A stretch of 64,000 bases of DNA from a bacterium (GTDB taxonomy: Bacteria > UBA8248): positions 64,001 to 128,000 of the forward strand of contig CBDBZY010000043.1 of NCBI GenBank assembly GCA_965213685.1, in the 5' to 3' direction. Shown here piece after piece: positions 1 to 10,969 of the stretch (its first letter is position 1; each line of letters opens with the position of its first letter). Both the position numbers and the translations under genes were made by a program. The notes beneath the pieces were generated by a model, which did not search any database, was not told the DNA's origin, and saw nothing but the letters and a program-made list of their open reading frames with translations.

Positions 1-401
1 TCGCCAAGCGCTACAACGAGCCGCCCGAGGTGCTCAACGCCATCGTCTCGCACCATGAGGACGAGGAGGCGAACTGCATCGAATCCATCCCTGGTGAAGG
101 CGGCGGACACCCTGTCCGCCGCGCGGCCGGGGGCGCGGCGCGAGATGGTGGAGAAGCTACATCAAGCGCCTCGAGGCGCTGGAGAAGATCGCCGAGTCCT
201 TTCAGGGCGTGGAGAAGTGCTTCGCCATCCAGGCGGGTCGGGAGATTCGCGTGTCCGTCCTGCCCGACGAGATCACCGATTCGCAGGCCACCCTTCCTCG
301 CGCGCGACATCGCCAAGCGGATCGAGAGCGAGCGCACCTATCCGGGCGAAATCCTCGTCACCGTCATCCGCGAAACCCGCCATACGGCCACCGCGCGCTG
401 A
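1..401 (+). CDS. rny: Ribonuclease Y, C-terminal part (runs off window start; apparent frameshifts)
   Basis: Stitching frames gives [40 protein letters not shown] and [14 protein letters not shown], the RNase Y HD/C-terminal motifs; directly upstream of ymdB as is usual. Confidence 0.9.
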   Translation, partial: AKRYNEPPEVLNAIVSHHEDEEANCIESIPGEGGGHPVRRAAGGAARDGGEATSSASRRWRRSPSPFRAWRSASPSRRVGRFACPSCPTRSPIRRPPFLARDIAKRIESERTYPGEILVTVIRETRHTATAR

Positions 402-408
402 GGCCGCC

Positions 409-1199
409 ATGAGGCTGCTCTTCATCGGGGACATCAACGGCAGGGTGGGTCGCCGGATGGTGACCACCCACCTGCGCGCCCTCATAGAGGAGCACGGGGC
501 GGACGTGTGCGTCATCAACGGGGAGAACGCGGCCGGCGGCTTCGGGATCAACAACGACCACGGCCGACGCGCTTCTCGACGCGGGGGGCGGACGTCATCA
601 CCTCCGGGAATCACATCTGGAACCGCAAGGAGACAGCGAGGTTCATCCTGCGCGAGCCTCGCCTGCTGCGGCCCGCGAACTATCCCCCCCAGACGCCGGG
701 CAGGGGCGTTTTCATCCTGGAGACCGGAGAGGGGCGCGTCGGCGTCGTGAACCTCATGGGCCGCGTCTTCATGCCGCCCATCGAATGCCCCTTCCGGGAG
801 GCGGATGAAATCCTCAGAAAAATGGGCGCGGACACGAAAATGATCATGGTGGATTTTCACGCGGAGGCCACGAGCGAGAAGGTGGCGATGGGCTGGCACC
901 TCGATGGCCGCGTGAGCGCCGTCCTGGGCACGCACACCCACATCCAGACGGCGGATGAGCGGGTGCTGCCCAAGGGCACGGCGTTCATGACGGACGTCGG
1001 CATGACGGGGCCCCGCAATTCCGTCATCGGCATGAAGCCGGAGCTCGTCCTCGATAAGTTCCTGTCGGGGATTCCCCGCCGCCTGGAGGTGGCCGGAGGG
1101 GAGGGGCAGCTCAACGGCGCGCTCATCGAGATAGCGGCGGACACCGGAAAGGCGCTCTCCATCCAGCGCGTCCAGATTTCCGAGGAGACCGGCGGCTGA
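409..1199 (+). CDS. ymdB: YmdB-family metallophosphoesterase (TIGR00282), one apparent frameshift near 560-590
   Basis: [11 protein letters not shown]...[10 protein letters not shown] in one frame; [27 protein letters not shown] and TDVGMTGP in another. Confidence 0.9.
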
Positions 1200-1233
1200 G
1201 GGGCCGCGCGTCGCCCCCGGTCCGCCCCCCGTC

Positions 1234-1839
1234 TCACGGCCGCCCGTTCTGTCGGGCGATCCCTTTGTGCGCGGCGACGGCGGATTCCCTCGCCTTTTCG
1301 CCTTCCGCCAACTCCAGCAGCCGCCCCAGGCGCCACCTGGGCGAGCGCGACTCCAGGAAGGCCTGCTTCTCCGGAAGCGGCAGCCTGAGCGCCTCGGCGG
1401 CGGCGAACGAGAGACGAAACGGGTCCGTTCGCATTTCCTCCGGAAGATTCGGGGGCGCGGGCGCCCGTTTCCGGAGGGCGTCCCACAGGCGCTGGCATAA
1501 CTCCTGGGCCGCCTCCGCCTCGTCCTGAAACTCCTCCACCTCCCCCTCGAGGTAGGGGCGGCTGTCGTAGGTGCGAAGAAGCGCGAAGCGCCGTTCGCCC
1601 CGGGCCAGGATGTTCATCCTGCCGTCGGCGAACCTTTCGAACACCTCGACGACGCGGGCCGCGCATCCGACTTTGCGGATGCCTCCGCGCTCGGCCAGAA
1701 CGACCCCGAAGGGCGCATTCCCTCCGAGGCACTCGCCGATCATGGTCTTGTAGCGCTCCTCGAAGATGTGCAGGGGGAGGTGCTGGGCGGGTAGGAGCAC
1801 GACCTGAAGCGGAAAGAGGGGCAAGCGATAGGTAGCCAT
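1234..1839 (-). CDS. Stand-alone LON peptidase substrate-binding domain protein
   Basis: [28 protein letters not shown]...[14 protein letters not shown]; no ATPase or protease domain. Confidence 0.85.
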   Translation of the reverse strand: MATYRLPLFPLQVVLLPAQHLPLHIFEERYKTMIGECLGGNAPFGVVLAERGGIRKVGCAARVVEVFERFADGRMNILARGERRFALLRTYDSRPYLEGEVEEFQDEAEAAQELCQRLWDALRKRAPAPPNLPEEMRTDPFRLSFAAAEALRLPLPEKQAFLESRSPRWRLGRLLELAEGEKARESAVAAHKGIARQNGRP

Positions 1840-2055
1840 CCGGAAAATGTACACCGGATCACCCGGTTTTGGAACTCCGGGAGCAACGGCAAGGGGCGCA
1901 GTCGCCGGCAGTGGAGCGGGCGGGGCGCACCCCCTGCGGGCGGGACGTCCGAAACGCTCCCCCGTGCTGGTCTGATGGGGCGCGGATATGGTATTTTGAG
2001 CTGCTTGGGGGCGAAGGGCGCCGTCTGCTTTTTCTTTTCACGGAGATTTCTCGGG

Positions 2056-3684
2056 ATGAGCGAGCCGAGCATCGGCATGGCGGAGCGGGCATGGCGCGCG
2101 GACGCGGAAGTTGGCGGCAAGGCGACGCCTTCCGGCATCCCGCTGCCTGCGTCCTTCGGCCCGGACGACGCGGCGCCCGCGAGCGCGGACGAGCGGCCGG
2201 GCGCGTATCCCTACGCGCGCGGCATCTACGAGAACATGTATCGCGACAGGCTCTGGACGATGCGCCAATACGCCGGCTTCGGCGGCGCGAAGGAGAGCAA
2301 CGAGCGCTACCGCTACCTCCTCCGGCAGGGGCAGATGGGCATTTCCGTGGCGTTCGACCTGCCCACCCAGATTGGCTACGACCCGGACCATTCCCTGGCG
2401 CATGGCGAGGTGGGCCGCGTGGGGGTGTCCATCGCCTCGATAGAGGACATGGCGGATTTGCTGGAGGGAATTCCCCTCGACAGGATCTCCACGTCGATGA
2501 CCATCAACGCCACCGCCCCCATCTTGCTGGCCCTGTACGTCGCGGCGGCCGAGGCGCGCGGCGTCCCGCCCGAGGCGCTCCGGGGAACCGTCCAGAACGA
2601 CATCCTGAAGGAATACATCTCGCGCGGAACCTATATCTATCCGCCGGGGCCGAGCCTGCGCCTGATCACCGACACGATCTCGTTCTGCAAGGACAGGGCG
2701 CCGAAGTGGAACGCCATATCCATCAGCGGCTATCACATCCGCGAGGCGGGGGCGACGGCCGTGCAGGAGGTCGCCTTCACGCTCGCGAACGCCGTCACCT
2801 ATGTGCAGGCCGCGGTGGACGCGGGCCTGGACGTGGACGCCATCGGCTCGCAAATCTCTTTTTTCTTCAACGTCCACAACCACTTCCTGGAGGAGATCGC
2901 CAAGTTCCGCGCCGCGCGAAGGCTTTGGGCGCGGATCATGCGCGAGCGGTTCGGCGCGCGCTCGGAGAAGGCGCGCATGTTGCGGTTTCACTCCCAGACC
3001 GCCGGCAGCGCGCTGACCGCCCAGCAGCCGAAGAACAACGTCGTTCGCGTCGCCCTCCAGGCGATGGCCGCCGTGCTGGGGGGCACCCAGTCGCTGCACA
3101 CGAATTCCCTGGACGAGGCACTCTCCCTGCCCACGGCGGAGGCGGCGCGGCTCGCGCTCCGGACCCAGCAGATACTCGCGGAGGAGACGAACGTGGCGGC
3201 GGTGGCGGACCCGTGCGGCGGGGCGCACGCCATCGAGGCCCTCACCTCGGAGGTCGCCTCGCGGGCGGAGGAGATGATGCGGCAAATCGACGACGCCGGC
3301 GGAATGCTGCGCGCCATCGAGACGGGGTGGGTGCAGCGCCGGATTCAGGACAGCGCGTACGCCTACCAGCGCGCCGTCGAGGCGGGGGAGAGGATACTCG
3401 TCGGCGTGAACCGGTATCAGAAAGAAGAGGACGTCCGCATCTCGACGCTCCAGATTCGCCCGGAGGCCGAGGCGGAGCAGAGGCAGCGCGTCGCTTCGCT
3501 CCGGAGGCGGCGCGACGCCGCCCGCGTGAGCGGGGCGCTGGCTTCCCTGGGCCAGGCGGCCCGGGGCGCGGAGAACCTTCTGCCCTGGATTCTGGACGCG
3601 GTGCGCGCCCGGGCGACGGTCGGGGAGATCGCGGACGCCATGCGCGAGGTTTTTGGCCTGTACCAGGAGGGCGTCGCCATCTAG
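2056..3684 (+). CDS. Methylmalonyl-CoA mutase family, substrate-binding (large) subunit
   Basis: [45 protein letters not shown] and [10 protein letters not shown]. The Tyr in RQYAG and Arg in ISRGTY fit MCM specificity. No B12-binding domain is fused. Confidence 0.9.
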   Translation: MSEPSIGMAERAWRADAEVGGKATPSGIPLPASFGPDDAAPASADERPGAYPYARGIYENMYRDRLWTMRQYAGFGGAKESNERYRYLLRQGQMGISVAFDLPTQIGYDPDHSLAHGEVGRVGVSIASIEDMADLLEGIPLDRISTSMTINATAPILLALYVAAAEARGVPPEALRGTVQNDILKEYISRGTYIYPPGPSLRLITDTISFCKDRAPKWNAISISGYHIREAGATAVQEVAFTLANAVTYVQAAVDAGLDVDAIGSQISFFFNVHNHFLEEIAKFRAARRLWARIMRERFGARSEKARMLRFHSQTAGSALTAQQPKNNVVRVALQAMAAVLGGTQSLHTNSLDEALSLPTAEAARLALRTQQILAEETNVAAVADPCGGAHAIEALTSEVASRAEEMMRQIDDAGGMLRAIETGWVQRRIQDSAYAYQRAVEAGERILVGVNRYQKEEDVRISTLQIRPEAEAEQRQRVASLRRRRDAARVSGALASLGQAARGAENLLPWILDAVRARATVGEIADAMREVFGLYQEGVAI

Positions 3685-3753
3685 GGCGGGGCGGGAGGCG
3701 GCTCGCCGCCGCGCGTCCCGGGAGCGGAATGCGCCATCGGGAGAGAGCGCCAG

Positions 3754-6417
3754 ATGAAGGGCAATGAGGTTCGACGGAAATTTCTCGATTTCTTCGCCGG
3801 CGCGGGGCACAGAATCGTTCGCAGCTCGCCGCTGGTTCCCATGAACGATCCGACCCTGCTGTTCACCAACGCCGGCATGGTCCAGTTCAAGGACGTGTTC
3901 ACGGGCCTGGAGAAGCGCGACTACTCCCGGGCGGTGACCTCCCAAAAATGCCTGCGGGTGAGCGGCAAGCACAACGACCTGGAGAACGTCGGCCGGACGG
4001 CGCGCCACCACACGTTTTTCGAGATGCTGGGGAACTTCTCGTTCGGGGAATACTTCAAGGAGAAGGCGATCGAGTTCGGCTGGGATTTTCTGGTGAACCG
4101 CCTGGGCCTGGACGGGGAGCGGATGTGGATCACCGTCTTCCGGGAGGACGACGAGGCGGCGGCGCTCTGGGAGCGGCTCGTGGGGGTTCCGCCCGAGCGC
4201 ATCGTCCGCATGGACGAGAAGGACAATTTCTGGGCGATGGGGGAGGCCGGCCCCTGCGGCCCCTGCTCGGAGCTCATCTATGACCAGGGAGACCACATCG
4301 TCGGCGCACCGCCCGGGAGCGGGCACGAGGATGAGGACGGGGATCGCTATCTGGAGCTCTGGAACCTGGTGTTCATGCAGTTCAACCGGGAGGCTTCGGG
4401 GAAGATGGAGCCGCTGCCCAAGCCCTCCGTCGATACGGGAATGGGCCTGGAGCGCCTCGCGGCGGTGGTGCAGGGGGAGGACAGCAATTACCATACCGAC
4501 CTGCTGATGCCGCTCATCCACGCGGTCGCCGAGCGCTGCGGCGCGGAGTACGCGGGCGGCGACGCGCCTTCCGACGTTTCTTTTCGCGTCATCGCGGACC
4601 ACGTTCGCGCGGTCAGCTTTCTGGTGGCCGACGGCGTTTTGCCGGGCAACGAGGGCCGGGGATACGTGCTGAGGCGGGTGGCGAGGCGGGCGCTGCGCCA
4701 CGGCAGGATGCTGGGCATCGAGGGGCCGTTCCTGGCGGAAACCTCCGGTGCGGTGGGCGATATGATGGGCGAGGCCTTCCCGGAGCTCCGGGAGAGTCGC
4801 AACTACATCGCCCGCGTCACGCTGGCGGAGGAGGAGCGGTTCGCCAACACCCTGGCCCAGGGCCAGCCACGCATGGACGCGCTTTCCGAGAAGGTGAAGG
4901 CGTCGGGTGCCGCCGCCATCCCGGGCGAGGAGGTGTTCACCCTCCTGGACACCTATGGCTATCCGTGGGACTTGGCGGTGGAGACGGCCGCGTTTCACGG
5001 CCTGGAGATAGACCGGGGCGGTTTCGACCGGGCGATGGAGGGGCAGCGCACCCGCGCCCGCGCGCACTGGAAGGGATCAGGCGAGGCCGCCGTGGACGAG
5101 ATATGGCACCAGGTGCGCGAGGAGGCGGGCGGCACCCGGTTCACGGGCTATGAGCGCGAGGCGGAGGATGCCCGGGCGTGCGCCCTGGTTGTGGACGGCG
5201 CGCCCTGCGAGGAAGTCGGCGCGGGCGTCGAGGCGCGCGTCGTGCTCGACAGGACGCCGTTTTACGGGGAGTCGGGCGGACAGGAGGGCGACAGGGGCGC
5301 GTTCTCCTGGCCGGAGGGGGCGGCGGTCGTCCTCGACACGCAAAAGCCGCTGCCCGACCTCCACGTCCACCGCCTGCGGGTGGAGCGGGGGACGCTCCGG
5401 CGGGGAGAGGAGCTGACGGCGCGCATCGACGCGGGGAGGCGGGCGCTCTTGCGGCGGAACCATTCGGCCACCCACCTTCTGCAACATGCGCTGCGCCAGG
5501 TTCTGGGAGATCACGTCAAGCAGGCGGGCTCTCACCTCTCGCCCGAGAGGCTCCGCTTCGACTACACCCATTTCGCGGCGACGACGGCCCGCGAGCGGGA
5601 GCGGATTGAGGATATCGTCAACGAGCGCATTCGGGAGAACCCGCGGGTGGAGACGCGCGAGATGCCGATAGACGAGGCGCTGGCCGCGGGGGCGACGGCG
5701 CTCTTCGGCGAGCGCTACGGCGAGGACGTGCGGGTCGTCTGCGTGGGCGATTTCAGCAAGGAGCTGTGCGGGGGCACGCACGCGCGCGCCGCCGGGGAAG
5801 TGGGGTGCTTCCGCATCCTGCACGAGGGCAGCGTGGCCTCGGGCGTCCGGCGCATCGAGGCGCTCACGGGAGGGGACGCGCTCCGCCAGGCGCGCAGGGA
5901 GCAGAACGCGCTCGCGGAAATCGGGGAACTCGTCCGGGCGGCGCCGCTGGAGGAAGCGGATCGGGTGAGGCACCTGCTGGATCGCGTGAAGACGCTCGAG
6001 CGCGCGCTCCAGAATTCGCGCGAGGAGAAAGCCCGCGACGAGATGGGCGATTTGGCCTCCGCCGCCCGGGAAGTCTCCGGCGTGCGGCTCATCGCCGCGA
6101 GGCGCGACGGCCTCCGGGCGGGCGAGTTGCGCGGCGTCATCGACGCGGCGAAGGGCAAGCTGCAAAGCGGCGTGGCCGTGGTGGCCGCCGTGAGCGACGG
6201 CAAGGTCGCCATCGCCGCGGGCGTCACGAAGGACCTCGCCTCCCGCATTCACGCCGGCGATCTGGTGCGGGAGGTGGCCTCTCTCGTCGGCGGAAGGGGA
6301 GGCGGCAGGCCGGACTTCGCGCAGGCGGGCGGCAAGGACGTCGGGAGGGTGGATGAGGCCATCGCCGCGGTTCCCGGACTGGTCGAAAAGATGGCGTCAT
6401 CGCGCGTCCGCGCCTGA
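3754..6417 (+). CDS. alaS: Alanine--tRNA ligase
   Basis: DPTLLFTNAGMVQFK, RHHTFFEMLGNFSFG, DTGMGLERL, HSATHLL, ELCGGTH and GGGRPDFAQAGG; 887 aa. Confidence 0.98.
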   Translation: MKGNEVRRKFLDFFAGAGHRIVRSSPLVPMNDPTLLFTNAGMVQFKDVFTGLEKRDYSRAVTSQKCLRVSGKHNDLENVGRTARHHTFFEMLGNFSFGEYFKEKAIEFGWDFLVNRLGLDGERMWITVFREDDEAAALWERLVGVPPERIVRMDEKDNFWAMGEAGPCGPCSELIYDQGDHIVGAPPGSGHEDEDGDRYLELWNLVFMQFNREASGKMEPLPKPSVDTGMGLERLAAVVQGEDSNYHTDLLMPLIHAVAERCGAEYAGGDAPSDVSFRVIADHVRAVSFLVADGVLPGNEGRGYVLRRVARRALRHGRMLGIEGPFLAETSGAVGDMMGEAFPELRESRNYIARVTLAEEERFANTLAQGQPRMDALSEKVKASGAAAIPGEEVFTLLDTYGYPWDLAVETAAFHGLEIDRGGFDRAMEGQRTRARAHWKGSGEAAVDEIWHQVREEAGGTRFTGYEREAEDARACALVVDGAPCEEVGAGVEARVVLDRTPFYGESGGQEGDRGAFSWPEGAAVVLDTQKPLPDLHVHRLRVERGTLRRGEELTARIDAGRRALLRRNHSATHLLQHALRQVLGDHVKQAGSHLSPERLRFDYTHFAATTARERERIEDIVNERIRENPRVETREMPIDEALAAGATALFGERYGEDVRVVCVGDFSKELCGGTHARAAGEVGCFRILHEGSVASGVRRIEALTGGDALRQARREQNALAEIGELVRAAPLEEADRVRHLLDRVKTLERALQNSREEKARDEMGDLASAAREVSGVRLIAARRDGLRAGELRGVIDAAKGKLQSGVAVVAAVSDGKVAIAAGVTKDLASRIHAGDLVREVASLVGGRGGGRPDFAQAGGKDVGRVDEAIAAVPGLVEKMASSRVRA

Positions 6418-6426
6418 TCCGCGCGG

Positions 6427-7650
6427 ATGCACCCGCGCGCGTCGCGCATTTCGGAGAAAGCCTTGGCCTCGAGGAACGCCGCTGCGGTCGGCGCGGTTCC
6501 AGACCGCCTCAAAAAAAGAAGAATATCCCTGCTCATCGTCTCCCACGTAGCGAACGACAGCTATTTCGGCTTTCTCCCCCCGCTGCTCCCCCTCATCGTG
6601 CAGCGCATGGACCTGCCCCTGAGCCTGGCGGGACTTTTGGCCACCACCCTCTCCGTCACCGGCGCGGTGGGCCAGCCCCTGTTCGGCTACTTCGCGGACA
6701 GGATCAGAAAGGGGTGGCTTCTGGCGCTCGGCCCACTGGGCGGCGCGCTCCTCGCGTTCATGCTCTACATGCCGAATTTCTGGCTCCTCATGCTCCTCAT
6801 GCTGGTTGCGGGATCGGGATCGGCCTGCTTTCATCCCGTCGCCTCGGTCATCGCCGGCCAGTCCTCGGGCGCGCGAAAAGGCTTCGGGATGTCGCTCTAC
6901 GTCGCCGGCGGCCGCCTCGGCGTGGGGCTCGGCGCGGGGATGGCGACCTTCATCGTCACGCGATGGGGCGTCGACGCCATCCCGTATGCCAGCCTCGTCG
7001 GGATAGTCGTCGGCGTCCCCCTGCTTTTCGTCGCCCCGCCCATCCGGGAGACGAGGAGCGGCGCCTCCCAGAGTTTCGCCCAGACGATGCGCATGTTGCG
7101 GTTCGTGTTCCGGCCGCTCTTCCTGCTGTGGCTCGTGAATCTGTGCCGCACCACGGTGACGATGACCGTGCAGGTTTTCTTGCCCATCTACATCATCGCC
7201 AAGGGCGGTTCGCTGGGCGCGGGCGGAGCGGCGATCACCCTGTTCCTGTTCGCCGCGGCGGTGGGCGGCATCTATGGCGGACATCTCTCCGACGTCTTTG
7301 GCAGGCGGGTCGTGACCATTTTCGCCATCTGCCTGGGCACGCCGGCCCTGGGCGTGGCGTTTCTGGTGGACGATCCGCTCCGGACGGCCTTCGTCATGCT
7401 GTCGGGGGCCGCGTTCTACGCGCAGATGGGGGTTTCCGTGACGTATGCGCAGGAGATCGCCCCCGAGCACGCCGCCCTGGTGAGCAGCTTCATGCTCGGC
7501 GTGGTCTGGTTCGTGGCGAGCATCGGGATGATCGCCGTGGGCGGCCTGGCCGATTACGTCGGCGTGGAAAGGGCGCTGCCCGCCGTCTGCATGGCGTTTG
7601 GCCTCGCGGGTTCGCTCCTTTCCTTCGGGCTGCCGAAAGAGACGGGATAG
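6427..7650 (+). CDS. MFS transporter (Fsr/YfnC-like)
   Basis: About 12 hydrophobic segments; SHVANDSY...LPPLLP, QPLFGYFADR and GHLSDVFGRR motifs. Confidence 0.85.
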   Translation: MHPRASRISEKALASRNAAAVGAVPDRLKKRRISLLIVSHVANDSYFGFLPPLLPLIVQRMDLPLSLAGLLATTLSVTGAVGQPLFGYFADRIRKGWLLALGPLGGALLAFMLYMPNFWLLMLLMLVAGSGSACFHPVASVIAGQSSGARKGFGMSLYVAGGRLGVGLGAGMATFIVTRWGVDAIPYASLVGIVVGVPLLFVAPPIRETRSGASQSFAQTMRMLRFVFRPLFLLWLVNLCRTTVTMTVQVFLPIYIIAKGGSLGAGGAAITLFLFAAAVGGIYGGHLSDVFGRRVVTIFAICLGTPALGVAFLVDDPLRTAFVMLSGAAFYAQMGVSVTYAQEIAPEHAALVSSFMLGVVWFVASIGMIAVGGLADYVGVERALPAVCMAFGLAGSLLSFGLPKETG

Positions 7651-7658
7651 GGGGGCAC

Positions 7659-8051
7659 GTGGCGCCGAAATTCAGACCCCTGGCCGTGGAGCGCGAGATA
7701 GCCGAGGAGAAGGCCTCCGCGCTGGGCCGCATCGGGAGCGCGTTCTCCCTGCGCCATCAAAAAGCCTGGGAGGCGTGGCGCGCCTGGGAGAGGGGCCGGG
7801 AATCGGGCGAGGGGAGAGGGGAGGGGCTGGAGCGCGCCCTCGGCCGCGCGATGGATGAAGCGGAGCGCTACCGGTATTTCCTCATCGTGCAGAGAGAGGC
7901 GATGGGGCTTCGGAACCATGCGGAGGTGGGCCGGAAATATCCGCTGCCCCGGGTGCCGGGCAGACCGCCCGCCGCCGGCGACCCCTCTAGCCCTCGTCTC
8001 GCTTGGCCCGGAGGATTTTCACGAGGTTGGCGAAGGAGGTTCTCCGGATGA
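7659..8051 (+). CDS. Small conserved hypothetical protein (DUF6665-like)
   Basis: GTG start after the MFS gene; EIAEEKASALGR...FLIVQREAMGLRNH resembles a conserved small family; 3' end overlaps mlaC. Confidence 0.6.
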   Translation: MAPKFRPLAVEREIAEEKASALGRIGSAFSLRHQKAWEAWRAWERGRESGEGRGEGLERALGRAMDEAERYRYFLIVQREAMGLRNHAEVGRKYPLPRVPGRPPAAGDPSSPRLAWPGGFSRGWRRRFSG

Positions 8052-8595
8052 TGGAGCGAAACTGATCCCGGTAGTTTTTCAGGAGGCTGATGCCCTCCAC
8101 CGACACGTCATAGACGCGCCATGTGCCGTTCACCCTGTGCATCCGGTAGACGATGTCGACGGTTCGCTTCTCCCTGGTGATCACCTGGGTCGTGACCGTG
8201 GCGAACTCCGGGTCGCTGACTTCCTTGACGAAGAGGATTTTCTCGTCCGTATAGCTCTCGAGCTTGCTGGCGTAGTTGCGCTCCATGAGATGGCTGAACA
8301 GACGGGTGAATTCGCTCTTCTCCCCTGCGGTGCGCTTTCTCCAGCTCCGCGCGAGACTGCGCATGGACATTTCCCGGAAATCGAAATACTGATGGATGAT
8401 CCTGCGAATCCGGCTTCTGCGCTCCGCTTTTTTGGGGGCGCCTTTCAGATGGGGATTCCGAAGAACCTCCAGCACCCCGTATATGCCCGCGCGCAGTTGC
8501 TCCGTCGGATCTCCGGCGTGGGCGGCGGAGGCGAGGAGGAGCGCACATGAGAGGAGCAAGGCGACGAGGAATGGACGCTTCCTTGGCTGTGGCAT
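7987..8595 (-). CDS. mlaC: MlaC/Ttg2D phospholipid-binding periplasmic protein
   Basis: Signal peptide; FDFREMSMRSLARSW and WRVYDVSVEGISLLKNYRDQF. Confidence 0.9.
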   Translation of the reverse strand: MPQPRKRPFLVALLLSCALLLASAAHAGDPTEQLRAGIYGVLEVLRNPHLKGAPKKAERRSRIRRIIHQYFDFREMSMRSLARSWRKRTAGEKSEFTRLFSHLMERNYASKLESYTDEKILFVKEVSDPEFATVTTQVITREKRTVDIVYRMHRVNGTWRVYDVSVEGISLLKNYRDQFRSIIRRTSFANLVKILRAKRDEG

Positions 8596-8707
8596 GGGCT
8601 CTCCTCCTGCTGTGCGGCCCGAATCCCGAAACGGCGAGGGGCGAACGCCGCCGCGCCTTGCGCCGCCCGGCCGCCTGCGCGCGTTCCCCGATTCGGGGGG
8701 CAGACCT

Positions 8708-9151
8708 TTATTTCAGCCTGCCGAAAACAAACTCCCCGATGAGTTTTTCCATGTCAACCGGGGGCTCCGTCTCCCGAATCCGCCCCCCTGGGGGGATGAT
8801 TTTTTCCGACCCCCCGAGGCTGATGCTCACGTACCTGTCCCCCAAAATCCCTTTCGTCCGGATGGAGGCGATGGAGTCCCGCGAGAGCCGGACGCTCTCC
8901 TCGAGGCGGAGCGTGAGTTTCGCCTCCTCGCCGTCGAGGGAGATCCCGGTCACCTGCCCGACCTGCACGCCCGCCATCTCCACGGGGGCGCCTCGCCGCA
9001 GGCCCGTGGCGCTCGTGAACTTCGCCGAGACTTCGTAGGTGCCGGCGTCGAAAATGTCGAGACCGCTGAACTGGACGGCCAGATAGGCGAAGGCCAGGAT
9101 GCCCGCCAGAACGAACAGGCCGACGCCGAATTCCACGTTTTTCCGGTGCAA
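8708..9151 (-). CDS. mlaD: MlaD/MCE domain protein
   Basis: VEFGVGLFVLAG, GLRRGAPVEMAGVQVGQV and IRTKGILGDRYVSI. Confidence 0.92.
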   Translation of the reverse strand: MHRKNVEFGVGLFVLAGILAFAYLAVQFSGLDIFDAGTYEVSAKFTSATGLRRGAPVEMAGVQVGQVTGISLDGEEAKLTLRLEESVRLSRDSIASIRTKGILGDRYVSISLGGSEKIIPPGGRIRETEPPVDMEKLIGEFVFGRLK

Positions 9152-9170
9152 GGCTCGAGTCGTCCCTTTT

Positions 9171-9959
9171 TCAGAGGAAAAGCGAGGTGAGGAAATAGTC
9201 GCTCACCAGGATCGAGACGGAGCACAAAACCACGGCCGAGGTGGTCGCTCTGCCCACCCCCTCGGCCCCGTGCCCGCAATGATACCCTTTATAACAGCAA
9301 ATCCACGTGACGAGCAGGCCGAAGACGACGGATTTCCACATCCCCACGTTGAGGTCGGCCATGACGATCTTGTCCTGCATCTCGCCAAAGAAGGTGCCGG
9401 CGCTCATCCCCATCAGCTCCACGCCCACGAGGTAGGCGCCGAATATGCCGATGATGTCGCAAAGCGCGGTGAGCAGGGGAAACGCTATCACGCCCGCGAG
9501 CAGCCGGGGGGAGACGAGGCGCTGCAGGGGATTCACGGCCATGCTCTTGAGGGCGTCCACCTGCTCGGTGATCCGCATGATGCCGATTTCGGCCGTCATG
9601 GCGGAGCCCGCCCTCCCGGTGACGACGAGGGCGGTGAGCACGGGCCCGAGTTCGCGGATGAGGCTGAAGGCGACGGCGGGGCCCAGGAAGGCCTCGGAGC
9701 CGAATTTCCGGAAGGCGTACAGTCCCTGGAGTGCCAGAACCATGCCGGTGAAAAGGCCGGTCAGCAGGACGATGGAGAGCGAGCCCGCGCCGATGACGTA
9801 AATCTGGCGGATGAGGAGCGAGAGGCGCCAGGGCGGGAGGAGGAGCCACCGGATGGATTCGCCCAGGAAAATCGCGGCCCTCCCCATCCCGACGACGTTC
9901 CGGATGGCGTGGCGACCGAGCGTCCTGGTGCCCTCTTTCATGGTTGCCGCTACACTCAT
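9171..9959 (-). CDS. mlaE: MlaE ABC permease
   Basis: FTGMVLALQG, IRELGPVLTALVVTGRAGSAMTAEIGIMRITEQVDAL and GAEGVGRATT. Confidence 0.93.
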   Translation of the reverse strand: MSVAATMKEGTRTLGRHAIRNVVGMGRAAIFLGESIRWLLLPPWRLSLLIRQIYVIGAGSLSIVLLTGLFTGMVLALQGLYAFRKFGSEAFLGPAVAFSLIRELGPVLTALVVTGRAGSAMTAEIGIMRITEQVDALKSMAVNPLQRLVSPRLLAGVIAFPLLTALCDIIGIFGAYLVGVELMGMSAGTFFGEMQDKIVMADLNVGMWKSVVFGLLVTWICCYKGYHCGHGAEGVGRATTSAVVLCSVSILVSDYFLTSLFL

Positions 9960-10150
9960 GGGGCTTGTGCCTTCTATTCCGCATCGCGAGCAAGTATAGT
10001 GGGCGTCACGGGTTGGATGGCGGTTTCCGGGGAGCGGCCGGGGCGATCCATCGTGCGGCTTCTCCAAGGCGGCCCCCAGTGTATCGCCCTTGGCACAGGA
10101 AAATCAACGCGCGCGCATATGGCGGCGTTCTTCCAAGGATTTCGTTGGTT

Positions 10151-10954
10151 ATGGTGAGCAGAGCGGTCGGACCCCTGGCGAAGTACATCGAATATGGCGT
10201 GCGCGGCCACATGGCGGATTTCGCGCGAATCACCCGTTTTTTCGTCATGATTTATGTGCCGATCTCCCTGGTCGCCCTCTCGCTTCATCCCTCGATCAAA
10301 TCGCTGATGGACCCGCAGGCGAACCTCGCGCTCCTCTTCCCCCTCATGATCGCCTCCCAACTGCTCCTGCGCGCGCTACAGGTGTTTCTGTTCATCCTCC
10401 TGATTTTGCGGGTTGAGTCCGAGCGCAAAGGCGACGGCGGCGTCTGGGATGTCGCGGAGGCGGTGGCGCGCCTGAAATCCGTCGTCGCGGTGGACCTCGC
10501 ATATACCTTCGGCTTGCAGCTGCTGGGCGTCGTCGGCTTCGCGTCCGCGTTGTTCGTCTTCGGCTTTCTGTTCGGGGATTCGCCCGTCGCCCTCCCGTTC
10601 GCGTTCGCCGTGACGATCTTTCTCGTCCTCACGCCCGCCGTGCGGTATTATTTTTGCACCCTGACTGCGCTGTTGTATGGCGATGGCTTCGCCGAGGCTT
10701 TTCGCCGCGCCGGTGGTATCTCGAGCGGCGGGGAGAGGCTCGTCGTCGCCCTGGTGATGACCTACCTTTTGCTCTGGTTCATCCTCTGGCAGGTGATAGA
10801 GGGCGTTTTCGGCGGCGGTCTCCCGGGCCAGGTTCTGCTGCAAACGGGCGTGATGGTGACCTCGGTCTCCTACTATCTGGCGGGGTATCTTTTGTTTTCA
10901 GACCTTTGCCAGGCTGCGAGCGCGAATCGCCCGGAGGAGTCGGGCGACGCCTAG
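10151..10954 (+). CDS. Hypothetical multi-pass membrane protein
   Basis: Long ORF with about 6 hydrophobic segments, divergent from mlaE; start uncertain. Confidence 0.65.
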   Translation: MVSRAVGPLAKYIEYGVRGHMADFARITRFFVMIYVPISLVALSLHPSIKSLMDPQANLALLFPLMIASQLLLRALQVFLFILLILRVESERKGDGGVWDVAEAVARLKSVVAVDLAYTFGLQLLGVVGFASALFVFGFLFGDSPVALPFAFAVTIFLVLTPAVRYYFCTLTALLYGDGFAEAFRRAGGISSGGERLVVALVMTYLLLWFILWQVIEGVFGGGLPGQVLLQTGVMVTSVSYYLAGYLLFSDLCQAASANRPEESGDA

Positions 10955-10969
10955 CGCGCGGAGGCCCCT

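Noticed and set aside
1-600. rny and ymdB as true pseudogenes
   Set aside because: Multiple single-base indels, several in short homopolymers, affect otherwise conserved genes; the same pattern occurs in fusA, acpS and KS4 and is best explained by long-read assembly error.
1855-2055. Cobalamin riboswitch upstream of the mutase
   Set aside because: No B12-box or GGGAA...GCCACTG elements are recognisable.
2038-5067. 1009-aa antisense ORF and many similar long shadow ORFs (e.g. 35345..37483, 37760..39661)
   Set aside because: They lie antisense or out of frame to well-supported genes and are a normal by-product of high-GC codon bias.
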